A DNA stretch of 58,608 nucleotides from Clostridia bacterium (GCA_017457385.1 JAFTHO010000130.1:1-58608); one strand, 5' to 3'; positions 9,311 through 19,775 are shown, counted from the stretch's first letter. The notes: a model not told the origin generated them from the letters alone. A program made the numbers and translations.

Positions 9311-9329
9311 GGGTGGGCAATGCCCACCC
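9311..9329 (+). terminator. Hairpin GGGTGGGCA/TGCCCACCC after the coiled-coil gene
   Basis: Perfect 9-bp stem, but only a weak T tract follows. Confidence 0.45.
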
Positions 9330-9346
9330 TTAAACAAAGGAAAAAA

Positions 9347-10480
9347 ATGAAAAAAAACAAAAACAACAATAAAACCCCCATCTTTATAATGATTGTGGTT
9401 GGCATAATTGCCGGCACGGCTTTGGGGTTGTGGATGGCATCTGACAACAACACAAGCGGGTTTGACATTTTGACGACAGACACCCTTTTGTTTATGTTGT
9501 TGTGGCTTGTTATTGCAACCTTTACTCACGAACTGGGTCACATGCTGTTTGGTTTTGTGGGTGGATACAAATTTGTATACTTTAAGCTGTTTGGCTTTAT
9601 GTTTTTTAAAAAAGACGACAAATGGCAGGTTTTAAACGGCGGACCACGTGGTGCTATTGGTCAATGCGTGATGCGACCTGACTTTAAATACACAGACAAA
9701 ATGCCATACCTGTTGTATAACGCAGGCGGTTGCATAGTCAACTTTGCTTTTGCAGTTTTGTGCTTTGCACTCATTTTTGCATATGGACAAAATGCTTTTG
9801 CAATTGCCGGCATTGTGGTAAACGTGCTTTTTGTGGTAATGAATATGATACCTGCAAAAAGTATGCGCAACGACGGATACAACATGACAACAATTGGCAA
9901 AACCCCTGCCCACAAACAAGCATACTGGCTTGAACTCAACATGACGGCTGACATTTTGGCTGGCAAAAAATTCAGCGATTTGCCGTCACATTATTTTGAG
10001 TTTGAAGTGACAGACCTGCACCTTGAAAACGTGTGCACGGCACTTTATATGCAATATTGCTATTTTGTCTGCACGTGGCAGACGCAAAAAGCAAAAGAAC
10101 TGATAACTGCCCTTTATGAAAGAAAGGGCGAAATGCCACTTTCAAACGCAAACACAATTTGTGTGGAATATTTCAACTTTGTGGCTGTTTTTGAAAAGGA
10201 CGCAACAAAGGCAATAAACGTATACAACACGTTTGACGCATCTGTAAAAAATGCAATACAACGAGTGCCTTTGCCTTTTGCAATTGTGGCAAAAATTTTG
10301 TCAAACGCTTTTTCGGTGCACAATGACGTGCAGTTTGATCTTGACTGCAAAGTCATGCAACAGATAATTGATATGTCAAAAAACCTTGTCGAGACAGAAT
10401 ACAACAACCTTTTGTTCCGTCAGGCAAAGCAGTTGTATGAAAGTGACATTGCAAAACCACAGGATCCATTTGACATTTGA
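9347..10480 (+). CDS. Polytopic membrane protein with HExxH (putative M50-like zinc metalloprotease)
   Basis: THELGHMLFG sits within hydrophobic segments and several TM helices are apparent. The ATG at 9347 follows AAGGA. The upstream part of the track ORF crosses the terminator hairpin. Confidence 0.55.
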   Translation: MKKNKNNNKTPIFIMIVVGIIAGTALGLWMASDNNTSGFDILTTDTLLFMLLWLVIATFTHELGHMLFGFVGGYKFVYFKLFGFMFFKKDDKWQVLNGGPRGAIGQCVMRPDFKYTDKMPYLLYNAGGCIVNFAFAVLCFALIFAYGQNAFAIAGIVVNVLFVVMNMIPAKSMRNDGYNMTTIGKTPAHKQAYWLELNMTADILAGKKFSDLPSHYFEFEVTDLHLENVCTALYMQYCYFVCTWQTQKAKELITALYERKGEMPLSNANTICVEYFNFVAVFEKDATKAINVYNTFDASVKNAIQRVPLPFAIVAKILSNAFSVHNDVQFDLDCKVMQQIIDMSKNLVETEYNNLLFRQAKQLYESDIAKPQDPFDI

Positions 10481-10515
10481 CAAAAAAGGCAACTTACATA
10501 CTGAAACAAAACCTT

Positions 10516-10547
10516 TCCCTTTCTTTAAAAAAGAAAGGGATTTTTTT
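10516..10547 (+). terminator. Intrinsic terminator
   Basis: TCCCTTTCTT / AAGAAAGGGA followed by TTTTTTT. Confidence 0.8.
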
Positions 10548-10631
10548 GTGCAAATGTGTTGATTTTTTTGTAAAATGGGTTTATTATTCAAAAAACTTAA
10601 AAAACAAAGGCAAACCAAAAACAACAAAAAC

Positions 10632-10659
10632 AAAAGACGGACAAGTGTCCGTCTTTTTT
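10632..10659. terminator. Bidirectional terminator AGACGGA/TCCGTCT
   Basis: Hairpin flanked by an A run and a T run. It lies downstream of the minus-strand glycosylase gene. Confidence 0.7.
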
Positions 10660-10729
10660 ATATAAGATAAATAAAGTTGTAAATGCCAAACCATTGCACC
10701 ACCGCACCTGCAAGCACAAAAAAGGGTTT

Positions 10730-11203
10730 TTACAAATAAGGGGTGATTGCATTTTGCCATATTTGCAACAACTTGTCAAAAGAATATTTTGCATTTGCAG
10801 GGCTTGTTGATGGCAGACATATCACGTCAACCCCATACACCTGCTGTTTAAACACGCTTTTTGCCTTGTTGCCGTTTAGCACAATGCACCTGACTTTGCT
10901 GTTTTTTATCAGCGAGGCAACGTCGTTTGGCACAACGTCTTTTATGGCACTGTCAAGCGACCCCTCTCTACTGCAAATACCAATGGTATCCCACAGCCCA
11001 ATGCCGTGACACAGCAACGTTTGTTTTTTTGCATTGTAGTCATCCGTTGGCCTCACGCCACAAATGGCAAACATCACTTTCCAAAATCGGTTTTGTTTGT
11101 GGGCATAATACTCCCCCTGCTCCAGCGATTTTATACCTGGGCAAGAGCCAAGCACGAGTATTTTGCAGTTTTTGTCAAAAATTGGATCAAAACTTTTTAT
11201 CAT
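10730..11203 (-). CDS. UDG-superfamily DNA-deoxyinosine (hypoxanthine) glycosylase-like protein
   Basis: KILVLGSCPG...YYAHKQNRFWKVM...GIGLWD...LNGNKA resembles the hypoxanthine-DNA glycosylase family. Confidence 0.65.
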   Translation of the reverse strand: MIKSFDPIFDKNCKILVLGSCPGIKSLEQGEYYAHKQNRFWKVMFAICGVRPTDDYNAKKQTLLCHGIGLWDTIGICSREGSLDSAIKDVVPNDVASLIKNSKVRCIVLNGNKAKSVFKQQVYGVDVICLPSTSPANAKYSFDKLLQIWQNAITPYL

Positions 11204-11214
11204 AGTTTTTAAAA

Positions 11215-11233
11215 GGGCGACTGATTGTCGCCC
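11215..11233. repeat. GGGCGAC-loop-GTCGCCC hairpin related to the REP stem; probably the luxS terminator
   Basis: Same stem core as the REP copies. On the minus strand it is followed by TTTTAAAAA. Confidence 0.5.
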
Positions 11234-11239
11234 ACAATA

Positions 11240-11668
11240 TTACAAACTCAACAACAAGTCGAGATATTTTGCGCATTCTTTTTTTGCACCGTCAAGGTCA
11301 TGCTCGAGATAGTTGCCACACTCTATTTTTTGTGCGCCTGGCACGTGGTCAAAATCCTGCACCTTTTTGAGGCTTTGCACAAGCAGGTTTTTTGCATCGT
11401 CTTTTGTCATATTTGTTGTCAAAAGATAAAAACCCGTTCTGCAACCCATTGGTCCAAAATAGATGATATCATCTTTTTTGTCGCTGTTGCGCAGTATTGT
11501 TGCAAGCAAATGCTCGATTGAGTGGCCTGCGGCACAATCTATATAGTCACCTTCGTTTGGTCTTTTAAACCTGAGGTCAAAAGTGGCAACCCCGTTTTGC
11601 TCGTTGCTGAGATAAAAACCAGGCATGAGCGTGTTGTGATCTTTTTGAAAAGATTTAATTTTTTCCAT
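11240..11668 (-). CDS. luxS: S-ribosylhomocysteine lyase
   Basis: HSIEHLLAT and GPMGCRTGFY metal-binding motifs. The ATG at 11668 has an AGAGG 6 nt upstream. Confidence 0.9.
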   Translation of the reverse strand: MEKIKSFQKDHNTLMPGFYLSNEQNGVATFDLRFKRPNEGDYIDCAAGHSIEHLLATILRNSDKKDDIIYFGPMGCRTGFYLLTTNMTKDDAKNLLVQSLKKVQDFDHVPGAQKIECGNYLEHDLDGAKKECAKYLDLLLSL

Positions 11669-12335
11669 AAACAACCTCTATCACTTGTGGAATAACTTTT
11701 GCATAACAACTTATTGCGTCATGCTCCATCTCGTTGAATTCGTCTGCACCGTTGCTGTCCACCATGTTTGACACGGATTTTACAGACAGGGTATCCACAC
11801 CCAAAAGCGTGCATACCTGTGCGATTGCACCCATTTCCATATCTTCTACCGCAAGGTCACACTCACGGCAATATGCCACGTTGTCTGCGTTGTATCTGAA
11901 TGCATCCGTAGTGGCAATGCGACATATTTTGTAGCCAAGTTTTGCAAACTCGTCTACGTATTTTTGTGTGAGAGATATGTGTTTGTCGTCAAAGTTAGAC
12001 AGTTGACCACGATCTATGCCGTTTGGCAAACTAAGGTCAAAGTCATATTGCATGGCACTTTTGCCAACAACCACGTCGCCTATTTTGAGTGACGGGTCGA
12101 TTGCACCAACCACGCCAAAATTTGCAATTGTTGTTGCGCCAAATTTTTGCACGCAAAGTATTGCACCCATTGACGAGTTGACTTTGCCAATGTCGCTCAC
12201 GCAAAGCACAACTTTTTTGCCAAGCAGGTTGCCCAGATAAAACTGTTTTTTTGCAAAACTTTGTGGCACGACGTCTGTCATAAGGTCGAGCACCGGTTTT
12301 GCCTCTGATGCCATTGCACAAACTATACCAAGCAT
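11655..12335 (-). CDS. mtnN: 5'-methylthioadenosine/S-adenosylhomocysteine nucleosidase
   Basis: PNP_UDP-fold motifs: MLGIVCAMASEA..., VEDMEMGAIAQVC. Confidence 0.85.
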   Translation of the reverse strand: MLGIVCAMASEAKPVLDLMTDVVPQSFAKKQFYLGNLLGKKVVLCVSDIGKVNSSMGAILCVQKFGATTIANFGVVGAIDPSLKIGDVVVGKSAMQYDFDLSLPNGIDRGQLSNFDDKHISLTQKYVDEFAKLGYKICRIATTDAFRYNADNVAYCRECDLAVEDMEMGAIAQVCTLLGVDTLSVKSVSNMVDSNGADEFNEMEHDAISCYAKVIPQVIEVVYGKN

Positions 12336-12345
12336 AATTTATCCT

Positions 12346-13176
12346 TTAAATTTTTACAAAAATTTTGTTGCCATTTTTGTCAAAAGTTGCAAGTCGTGTT
12401 ATGCCAAGCGTTTTGAGGTGACATACAGTCTCGTCAAACTCAAAACCAAGTGATGCCGTCACGTGAGCATCGCTTGACAACACAAAGTCAAAGCCGTGTT
12501 TTGCAAACTCTTTTATCAAAAAGTCGGCAGGATAAAGCCCACCCCTGCCCTTGAATTTGCGGTTGCCGTTGATTTCTATCAGACATCCACAACCTGCAAG
12601 GCGTTTGACTGCATCTTTTGCAATTTGTTGATACTCGCTTTGCACTTTGCCAAAATCGCCATAAAGGCTGATGAGGTCAAAGTGACCGATGATTGTCGGT
12701 TTTGTTTTTTGCACCATATCCACAACCGTGTCAAAATAGCATTTTGCAACGGCAAGGATATCGTTGTCAAACCCCTCTGCAAGCAGTTTTAAAAAAGTTT
12801 CTTTAGACTCGTCCAGTGCAAAAACTTTTTTGGGGTTGAGGTCAAACACAGACAAAAACTTTCCGTCAACGGGCAAATAGTGCACAGACCCTATCGTATA
12901 GTCAAACACGTCGTCTGGCGTTTGTCCAAATGCATCTGCCTCGATGCCCATCATAAGGTTGATTTTGTCCTGATATTTTTGTTTGAGTCGCAAAAACTCC
13001 TGTTTAAATGCAGGATAGTCTTTCATGCAATAACTCTGGTCAAAAAGCGTGAGAGAGTGTGGCGAAAAACCAAGTGTATCAAAACCCTTGGCTATTGCGT
13101 CTTTTGTCATCTCCTCCATACTGCAACCACCGTCACAAAACTGTGTGTGGGTGTGCAGATTGCATTTGTAAATCAT
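12346..13176 (-). CDS. hisJ: Histidinol-phosphatase, PHP family
   Basis: N-terminal NLHTHTQFCDG and GFSPHS PHP motifs, plus its position at the end of the his genes. Confidence 0.8.
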   Translation of the reverse strand: MIYKCNLHTHTQFCDGGCSMEEMTKDAIAKGFDTLGFSPHSLTLFDQSYCMKDYPAFKQEFLRLKQKYQDKINLMMGIEADAFGQTPDDVFDYTIGSVHYLPVDGKFLSVFDLNPKKVFALDESKETFLKLLAEGFDNDILAVAKCYFDTVVDMVQKTKPTIIGHFDLISLYGDFGKVQSEYQQIAKDAVKRLAGCGCLIEINGNRKFKGRGGLYPADFLIKEFAKHGFDFVLSSDAHVTASLGFEFDETVCHLKTLGITRLATFDKNGNKIFVKI

Positions 13177-13178
13177 TG

Positions 13179-13826
13179 TTATTGCATCTTCTCCTGTTTG
13201 ACTTTTTTGTCAACAATGTGTCTGCGTGCAAGTTCGTCTCTTATCTCGTTGAGCGAAATGCCATATTCTACCATAAGCACCATCACGTGGTAGGTCAGGT
13301 CGCAAATTTCGTATACAGTTTCTGCCTTGTCGCCACCTTTTGCACCAATGATAACTTCGGTGCACTCTTCGCCCACTTTTTTGAGGATTTTGTCCAACCC
13401 TTTTTGGAAAAGATAAGTCGTATAACTGCCCTCTGGCATAGTTTGTTTTCTGCCAACAAGCATTTTGTACAAATTGTCAATTGCAAACTCTTTTTCGTCT
13501 TCGTTTTTAAACACAGGTTTTGTAAAACAACTTTCACTGCCTGTGTGGCATGCAGGGCCGTCTTTTTTGACCTCTATCACCAAAGCGTCGTTGTCGCAAT
13601 CGGTTGTGATTGACACAACGTGCTGATAGTTGCCAGACGTTTCGCCTTTGAGCCACAACTGTTGTCTGCTGCGGCTATAAAAACAAGTGAGTTTTGTGTC
13701 TATTGTTTTTTGAAGGCTCTCTTTGTTCATATATGCAACTGTGAGCACCTGCTTTGTATAATAGTCCACAACAACTGCAGGTATAAGACCTTTTTCGTCA
13801 AACTTTAAACTGTTGATATCTGTCAT
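13179..13826 (-). CDS. hisIE: Bifunctional phosphoribosyl-AMP cyclohydrolase / phosphoribosyl-ATP diphosphatase
   Basis: [13 protein letters not shown] cyclohydrolase motif followed by a MazG-like PRA-PH C-terminal half. Confidence 0.9.
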   Translation of the reverse strand: MTDINSLKFDEKGLIPAVVVDYYTKQVLTVAYMNKESLQKTIDTKLTCFYSRSRQQLWLKGETSGNYQHVVSITTDCDNDALVIEVKKDGPACHTGSESCFTKPVFKNEDEKEFAIDNLYKMLVGRKQTMPEGSYTTYLFQKGLDKILKKVGEECTEVIIGAKGGDKAETVYEICDLTYHVMVLMVEYGISLNEIRDELARRHIVDKKVKQEKMQ

Positions 13827-13841
13827 AACTTTTCTCCTTTT

Positions 13842-14600
13842 TTATAACCTTACTGACACACCGTTGTCTGCAAGTATTTGTTTTAGATTTTTTATGTCCA
13901 CCTGTTTGAAGTGGAATATAGATGCGGCAAGACCTGCATCTGCCTTTGGGCAGGCACGAAACAAATCCACAAAGTGTTTTTCGCAACCGGCACCACCAGA
14001 CGCAATGATTGGTATAGAAAGTTTTGCACCGATTTTGTCAAGCATCTCAATATCAAAGCCACCCTTTACGCCGTCGGTATCTATGCTGTTTAGCACAAGT
14101 TCGCCTGCGCCGTTTTCCTGACCCATATATGCCCATTCGATTGCATCTATGCCTGTGCACTCTCTGCCGCCTTTTGCAAAAACCACAAATCTGCCGTCAA
14201 CACGCTTTACGTCCATTGACAACACAACGCACTGGTTGCCATATTTTTTTGCACCCTGCTCGATGAGTTTTGGGTTTTTGATAGCACCGCTGTTTACGCT
14301 GACTTTGTCTGCACCGCTTTTCAGCACTCTGTCAAAATCGTCAAGTGTGTTTATGCCACCCCCAACCGTAAGTGGTATAAAAATGTTTTTTGCAACGTCT
14401 TTTAGCACGTCTGCAAACAGTTTGCGTCCCTCGCTTGATGCAGTTATGTCATAAAAAACAAGTTCGTCCGCACCACTTGCGTTGTAAAACTTTGCAAGTT
14501 CCACCGGGCTGTCCACGTCTTTTATGCCTTGAAAATTTGTACCTTTTACCACCCTGCCGTCTTTTACGTCAAGGCATGGTATTATCCTTTTTGCCAACAT
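13842..14600 (-). CDS. hisF: Imidazole glycerol phosphate synthase cyclase subunit
   Basis: MLAKRIIPCLDVKDGRVVKG start at 14600. The track ORF extends upstream into the SDR gene and I reject that extension. Confidence 0.9.
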   Translation of the reverse strand: MLAKRIIPCLDVKDGRVVKGTNFQGIKDVDSPVELAKFYNASGADELVFYDITASSEGRKLFADVLKDVAKNIFIPLTVGGGINTLDDFDRVLKSGADKVSVNSGAIKNPKLIEQGAKKYGNQCVVLSMDVKRVDGRFVVFAKGGRECTGIDAIEWAYMGQENGAGELVLNSIDTDGVKGGFDIEMLDKIGAKLSIPIIASGGAGCEKHFVDLFRACPKADAGLAASIFHFKQVDIKNLKQILADNGVSVRL

Positions 14601-14611
14601 ATATTTATCCT

Positions 14612-15397
14612 TTAAAAAGCATCTTTGCTTTGTTTTTTCCACCTGTTTGCAATAAAACGCATTTTTATGCAAAGAGGCACAACCTTCATAAAATGATACA
14701 AAAACTTGTTGAAAAAACCCGGTATATGGATGCGTTTGTTTTTTTGCACTTTTTTGAGCGAAGTTTTTGCAACGTACTCGGGAGTTTTTGCCGAAAGTTT
14801 GCCCCACAGCCCCTGACCTTTGATATCTGCGATGATATCCGGGCGGGTAGGCACTCCACCAGGCAACACAGTTGTGACCTTTACGCCCTGTTTTTTAAGT
14901 TCGAGACGAAGTGAACTGAAAAAACTTGTGAGGCACCCTTTTGTTGCACTGTAAAGAGCAAAATATGGCATAGGGCTGACGCCACTCATGCTTGAAATTG
15001 TGATGACCTCTACCTTGTCTGCCCTGCGTTGCAAAAGGCTGTATGTGTTTGTTATGGTTGCCTCTACGTTGACACGTGTTTGAAAAATGAGTTTTGGCAA
15101 AGTATACTCCATAACCCCTTTTTGAATGTCCACACCCGCAACGTTGACGATTTTGTCAAACTTTAGCCCAAGGGTATCGATATAGTCAAACATATCCGCA
15201 CGGCTTTTTTCGTCGTCAAGCATACATGGGCATACCTTGATATCCACGTCGTATTGACTTTGTATCTGTTGTTTGAGGTCGTCTAGTTTATCCTCACTGC
15301 GACCTGTTAAAAACAAATTTTGTTTTTGTTTTGCACACTCGATGACAAAGGCTTTGCCAATGCCACCAGTTGCACCCGAAATGAAAGTATAGTTCAT
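14612..15397 (-). CDS. Short-chain dehydrogenase/reductase embedded in the his operon
   Basis: SGATGGIGKA Rossmann motif and YSATK catalytic motif. It overlaps the hisA stop and ends 11 nt before hisF. Confidence 0.85.
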   Translation of the reverse strand: MNYTFISGATGGIGKAFVIECAKQKQNLFLTGRSEDKLDDLKQQIQSQYDVDIKVCPCMLDDEKSRADMFDYIDTLGLKFDKIVNVAGVDIQKGVMEYTLPKLIFQTRVNVEATITNTYSLLQRRADKVEVITISSMSGVSPMPYFALYSATKGCLTSFFSSLRLELKKQGVKVTTVLPGGVPTRPDIIADIKGQGLWGKLSAKTPEYVAKTSLKKVQKNKRIHIPGFFNKFLYHFMKVVPLCIKMRFIANRWKKQSKDAF

Positions 15398-16104
15398 ACC
15401 AGCTCCAACACTTTTTTGAGGTCAAGTTTGCCTTCGTACAGGGCTTTGCCCAGAATTGCGCCATACGTACCCATATTTTTGAGACTTTTTATTTCGTCAT
15501 AAAAAGTTATGCCACCAGACGCAACCACGTCGAGACCATCTATTTTTGCAAGTTCGCCATATACCTGCAAATTTGTGCCAGACAAAGCACCGTCTTTTGA
15601 AATGTCTGTATAAATGACTGTTTTAACGCCTGCGTCACGCAGTTTTGTGCAAAAGTCAACTGATTTTACGTCGGTGATTGTTTTCCATCCGTGGATGGCA
15701 ACGTAGCCATCTTTTGCATCTACGCCAACTGCAATTTTGTCGCCGTATTTTTTTGCCATTTGCTCAACAAAAGCAAAGTTTTCTACCGCAACAGTGCCAA
15801 GTATAACCCTGCCCACGCCACAGTCGATATATTTTTTGATGCGCTCTTCGTCACGGATGCCACCGCCCACCTCGACGAACATACCGCAGTTTTTTGCGAT
15901 TTTTTCTATCACGTCAAAGTTGGCAAGTTTGCCGTCTTTTGCACCGTCAAGATCCACCACGTGCAGATTTTTTGCACCGCACTCCAAAAAGTTTTTGGCA
16001 ATGACCACCGGGTCGTCGGCATATATTTTCATCTGGTCATAGTCGCCAAAAGTCAGTCTGACAACTTTTTTGTCTTTTATGTCAATAGCAGGAAAAATTT
16101 GCAT
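15394..16104 (-). CDS. hisA: ProFAR isomerase
   Basis: IFPAIDIKD, VVDLDGA and EVGGGIR motifs. Confidence 0.9.
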   Translation of the reverse strand: MQIFPAIDIKDKKVVRLTFGDYDQMKIYADDPVVIAKNFLECGAKNLHVVDLDGAKDGKLANFDVIEKIAKNCGMFVEVGGGIRDEERIKKYIDCGVGRVILGTVAVENFAFVEQMAKKYGDKIAVGVDAKDGYVAIHGWKTITDVKSVDFCTKLRDAGVKTVIYTDISKDGALSGTNLQVYGELAKIDGLDVVASGGITFYDEIKSLKNMGTYGAILGKALYEGKLDLKKVLELV

Positions 16105-16142
16105 ATTTTTGCTCCTGATTTGGTTTTGTTTTTATAACTTCA

Positions 16143-16207
16143 ACTCCCTCCGTCGCTGCACTTTGTTTCGCGACACCTCCCTCCTCTGAGGGAGGCTTTA
16201 GTGGGGG
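16143..16207. repeat. Dispersed short repeat, family 2, inside the hisH-hisA spacer
   Basis: ACTCCCTCCGTC ... CACCTCCCTCCTCTGAGGGAGGC with a CCTCCCTC/GAGGGAGG hairpin. Related to 3397-3458. Confidence 0.65.
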
Positions 16208-16237
16208 TATTTATAAACAAAATTTTATAAATCTAAA

Positions 16238-16846
16238 TTAAATTTCGTTGAACGCTTTTAAAATTGCAAGACCTGTTTCGCCAGATTTCTCTGGATGAAA
16301 CTGTGCACCAAACACATTGCCGTTTTGCACCATTGCAGTGAGGTCAATGCCATAGTTGCTTGTTGCAATGACGTCGTTGCAGTTTTTTGCATAATAAGAA
16401 TGCACAAAATATACGTAGTCGCCATCCTTGATATATTTAAACAACGGACTTTGCTTTTTGATGTCAAGGCTGTTCCAGCCCATATGTGATATTTTGAGAG
16501 TTTTGTCCACGTCGTCTGCAATAGGGCAGACGTCACCCTTTATAAACCCAAGACCTTTGTGGCATCCATATTCAAAACTGTTTTCAAAAAGCAGTTGCAT
16601 GCCAAGACAAATGCCCAAAAGCGGTTTGCCCTGTGACACCTGTTGTTTCAGCACAGGTACAAGACCCGTCTGATGCAAAAGCTTTATTGCGTCGGCAAAA
16701 GCACCAACCCCAGGCAAAATGATTTTGTCTGCGTTTTTGATAACATCCGCATCGTTTGTGATGACGTTTTGTGCCCCGATAAAATCAAGACTGCTTTTTA
16801 GCGAAAACAAGTTGCCAACACCATAGTCAACTATAGCAATCATCAA
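16238..16846 (-). CDS. hisH: Imidazole glycerol phosphate synthase glutaminase subunit
   Basis: GICLGMQLL nucleophile motif and FHPEKS motif. Confidence 0.9.
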   Translation of the reverse strand: MMIAIVDYGVGNLFSLKSSLDFIGAQNVITNDADVIKNADKIILPGVGAFADAIKLLHQTGLVPVLKQQVSQGKPLLGICLGMQLLFENSFEYGCHKGLGFIKGDVCPIADDVDKTLKISHMGWNSLDIKKQSPLFKYIKDGDYVYFVHSYYAKNCNDVIATSNYGIDLTAMVQNGNVFGAQFHPEKSGETGLAILKAFNEI

Positions 16847-17433
16847 AGCACCCCTTTTGTAGACGGCAAAACGTCTTTGTTTTTTTCGTCAATGGCAACC
16901 GCCTGACGAAGCGCACGTGCAAATGCTTTAAAGACACCCTCTGCCACGTGATGATTGTTTTTGCCACAGATTTTTTTGACGTGCAAAGTGATTTCGGCAT
17001 TGCGCACAAAAGCAAGCAGATATTCTTCGACAAGTTCTGCATCCATATCGCCAAGTTTGTATTCGTCCGGAAAGTCTACCTCAAAGTTGAGATATGCCCT
17101 GCCACTAAAGTCTATTGCAACAAGCACCAGAGCCTCGTCCATTGGCAAAATGACAGAGCCATAGCGATATATGCCCTTTTTGTCACCCAAGGCTTCTTTA
17201 AAGGCTTTGCCCAAAGCAATGCCACAGTCTTCTACCGTGTGGTGGCAGTCTACGTGAATATCCCCATTGCAAAAAAGGTCAAGGTCAAAGTTGCCGTGTT
17301 TTGCAAACAACTCTGTCATGTGGTCAAAAAAGCCACAGCCTGTTTTGACGTTGTATCTGCCCTGACCGTCAAGGTTGAGCATACCCTTTATATCAGTTTC
17401 GCCCGTTTTGCGTGCAAAGTCGATTTTTCTCAT
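16843..17433 (-). CDS. hisB: Imidazoleglycerol-phosphate dehydratase
   Basis: DCHHTVEDCGIALG and NHHVAEG motifs. Confidence 0.9.
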   Translation of the reverse strand: MRKIDFARKTGETDIKGMLNLDGQGRYNVKTGCGFFDHMTELFAKHGNFDLDLFCNGDIHVDCHHTVEDCGIALGKAFKEALGDKKGIYRYGSVILPMDEALVLVAIDFSGRAYLNFEVDFPDEYKLGDMDAELVEEYLLAFVRNAEITLHVKKICGKNNHHVAEGVFKAFARALRQAVAIDEKNKDVLPSTKGVL

Positions 17434-18497
17434 ATTTTTTCTCCAAAAAGTATACCTGACAAAGTATACGCAAGTTGTTTTATCTGTTCGTTTGTGCCAA
17501 CCGTAATGCGCACAAAATCTTTTATCCTTTCGTCACCAAGGTGTCGCACCAAAATGCCCTTTTGTTTGAGTTTTGCATATACCTCTTGTCCGGACATTTT
17601 TTCGTGTTTTGCCAAAACAAAGTTTGCTTTTGACGGCAAAACCAAAAAACCGAGTTTTTCAAGACAATCTACAAGATATTTGCGTGACAGTTTGATTTTG
17701 TCGCAACACTCGTCAAAATAGTCGTGATCTTTTATTGCCATTGCACCTGCAATTGTGCTGAGTCTGTTGACGTTGTATGGATTAAAACTGAATTTGATTG
17801 TTTTGAGGTCGTTGATAAGACTCTCACACGCAACCGCAAACCCCACCCTTGCACCTGCAAGCTGACGTGATTTTGACATTGTCTGCACCACGATGAGGTT
17901 GTCGTATTTTTGTGTGAGTGGCACAGCCGTCTGTGCGCCAAAGTCTACGTATGCCTCGTCAACCACAACAAGTCTGTTTTTGTTTTGGCACACGAGTTTT
18001 TCTATCTCGTCAAGACCAAGGCAAATGCCCGTTTGTGCGTTTGGGTTTGCAATAATCACGTTGTCTTGGATGTCTTTATAGTCATCAACGTTTATGCAAA
18101 AATTGTCGTCAAGTGGCACAGATATATACTTTATGCCAAACAACTGACAAAAAACAGGATAAAATCCATAAGTCACGTCAGGGCAAGCCATACCCTTTTT
18201 GCCACAAAACGCCTTGAATACAAATGCCAAAATTTCGTCACTGCCGTTGCCTGATATTACGTTGCTGATATCCACTCTGTAATAGTCTGCAATTGCCTGA
18301 TCAAGCAGTTTTGTGGATGGATCGCTGTAAAGCCTTAGCTTTTGCACCTCGTCACAAGAGATTGCGTCAATGACGCTTTGTGACGGTGGATATGGCGATT
18401 CGTTTGTGTTGAGTTTTATATACTGCATATCCTGTGGCTGTTCGCCAGGGGTATATGGCAAAATGCCTGCAAGACTTTCGTCAAGAAATCTGCCCAT
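17430..18497 (-). CDS. hisC: Histidinol-phosphate aminotransferase
   Basis: Class-II aminotransferase pattern with TMSKSRQLAGARVG (PLP lysine). Confidence 0.9.
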   Translation of the reverse strand: MGRFLDESLAGILPYTPGEQPQDMQYIKLNTNESPYPPSQSVIDAISCDEVQKLRLYSDPSTKLLDQAIADYYRVDISNVISGNGSDEILAFVFKAFCGKKGMACPDVTYGFYPVFCQLFGIKYISVPLDDNFCINVDDYKDIQDNVIIANPNAQTGICLGLDEIEKLVCQNKNRLVVVDEAYVDFGAQTAVPLTQKYDNLIVVQTMSKSRQLAGARVGFAVACESLINDLKTIKFSFNPYNVNRLSTIAGAMAIKDHDYFDECCDKIKLSRKYLVDCLEKLGFLVLPSKANFVLAKHEKMSGQEVYAKLKQKGILVRHLGDERIKDFVRITVGTNEQIKQLAYTLSGILFGEKI

Positions 18498-18500
18498 AAG

Positions 18501-19775
18501 TTACTCCTCAAACCTGATTGTAGCAGACTTTGCGTGTGCAGAAAGACCTTCTGCCTGAGCAAAGGTTGCCACCTGGTCTTTAACTTTGCCGAGTGCCTGT
18601 TTTGTATATTGAATATATGATGATTTTTTTACAAAATCGTCAACGGAAAGTGGCGAAGAAAATTTTGCACTGCCACTTGTTGGCAAGGTGTGGTTTGGCC
18701 CTGCAAAATAGTCGCCGAGTGCCTCCGGAGTGTATCCACCCAAAAAGATAGAGCCTGCGTTTGTGATTTTGTCAAGATAGTCGTATGGGTTTTGCACACA
18801 CACCTCAAGGTGCTCTGGTGCAATTGCATTTGAAACCTCTATTGCCTTGTCAATGCTGTCCACCACAATGATTTTGCCATTGTTGTCTATTGATGCTCTT
18901 GCAATATCCTGTCTTGGCAACAATGCAAGCTGACGCTCGATTTGTTGTGCAGTCTGCAAAGCAATATCTTTGCTGTCCGTCACCAAAACCGCAGTTGCAA
19001 GTTTGTCGTGCTCTGCCTGTGACAAAAGGTCTGCCGCAAGATGAGTTGGGTTTGCACTTTTGTCTGCAATGACCAGAATTTCGCTTGGGCCTGCAATCAT
19101 ATCGATAGAAACTGTGCCAAACACAAGTTTTTTTGCAAGTGCCACAAAAATGTTGCCCGGGCCTACTATTTTGTAAACCTGCGGTATGCTCTCTGTGCCA
19201 TATGCCATTGCGGCAATAGCCTGTGCGCCACCGCACTTGAAAATTTTGTCCACACCTGCAAGGTCTGCCGCAACAAGAATTTCTGCCTTGATTTTGCCGT
19301 CTTTTTGCGGAGGTGTGCACATGACAATTTCGCTCACGCCTGCAATTTTTGCAGGGATGGCATTCATAAGCACTGTTGAAGGATAACTTGCAGTGCCACC
19401 CGGCACGTATATGCCCGCTTTTTGAATTGGAGTATATTTTTGTCCCAATATTATGCCGTCTTGTTTTGTCACCTCAAAACCTTTTTTGACCTGCATTTTG
19501 TGAAAAAACGCAATGTTTTCCGCCGCAGTTTTGAGTATGTTTTTAAATTCGTCACCCACTTGTGCTTTTGCTTCTTGTATCTCTTGCTTGCTCACAAGCA
19601 AATCGTCAAGCAAAACACCGTCAAACTTTTGCGTATATTGTTTGAGTGCCTCGTCACCACGGGCAAGCACCTGTGCGATAACCTCTTTTACAACAGATTC
19701 ATACTCGCCATACGTTTGTATCTCACGGTTGAGCACTTTGTTTATATCAAAATCTTTGTCAAAAATTTTAATCAT
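18501..19775 (-). CDS. hisD: Histidinol dehydrogenase
   Basis: GPGNIFV, SQAEHD and APEHLE motifs. Confidence 0.9.
   Translation of the reverse strand: MIKIFDKDFDINKVLNREIQTYGEYESVVKEVIAQVLARGDEALKQYTQKFDGVLLDDLLVSKQEIQEAKAQVGDEFKNILKTAAENIAFFHKMQVKKGFEVTKQDGIILGQKYTPIQKAGIYVPGGTASYPSTVLMNAIPAKIAGVSEIVMCTPPQKDGKIKAEILVAADLAGVDKIFKCGGAQAIAAMAYGTESIPQVYKIVGPGNIFVALAKKLVFGTVSIDMIAGPSEILVIADKSANPTHLAADLLSQAEHDKLATAVLVTDSKDIALQTAQQIERQLALLPRQDIARASIDNNGKIIVVDSIDKAIEVSNAIAPEHLEVCVQNPYDYLDKITNAGSIFLGGYTPEALGDYFAGPNHTLPTSGSAKFSSPLSVDDFVKKSSYIQYTKQALGKVKDQVATFAQAEGLSAHAKSATIRFEE

Noticed and set aside
14601-14807. Upstream extension of hisF (track start 14807)
   Set aside because: It overlaps the 3' end of the SDR gene. 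The canonical HisF N-terminus MLAKRIIPCLDV starts at 14600.
16948-17721. 257-aa plus-strand ORF
   Set aside because: It is antisense to hisB/hisC, which carry clear catalytic motifs.
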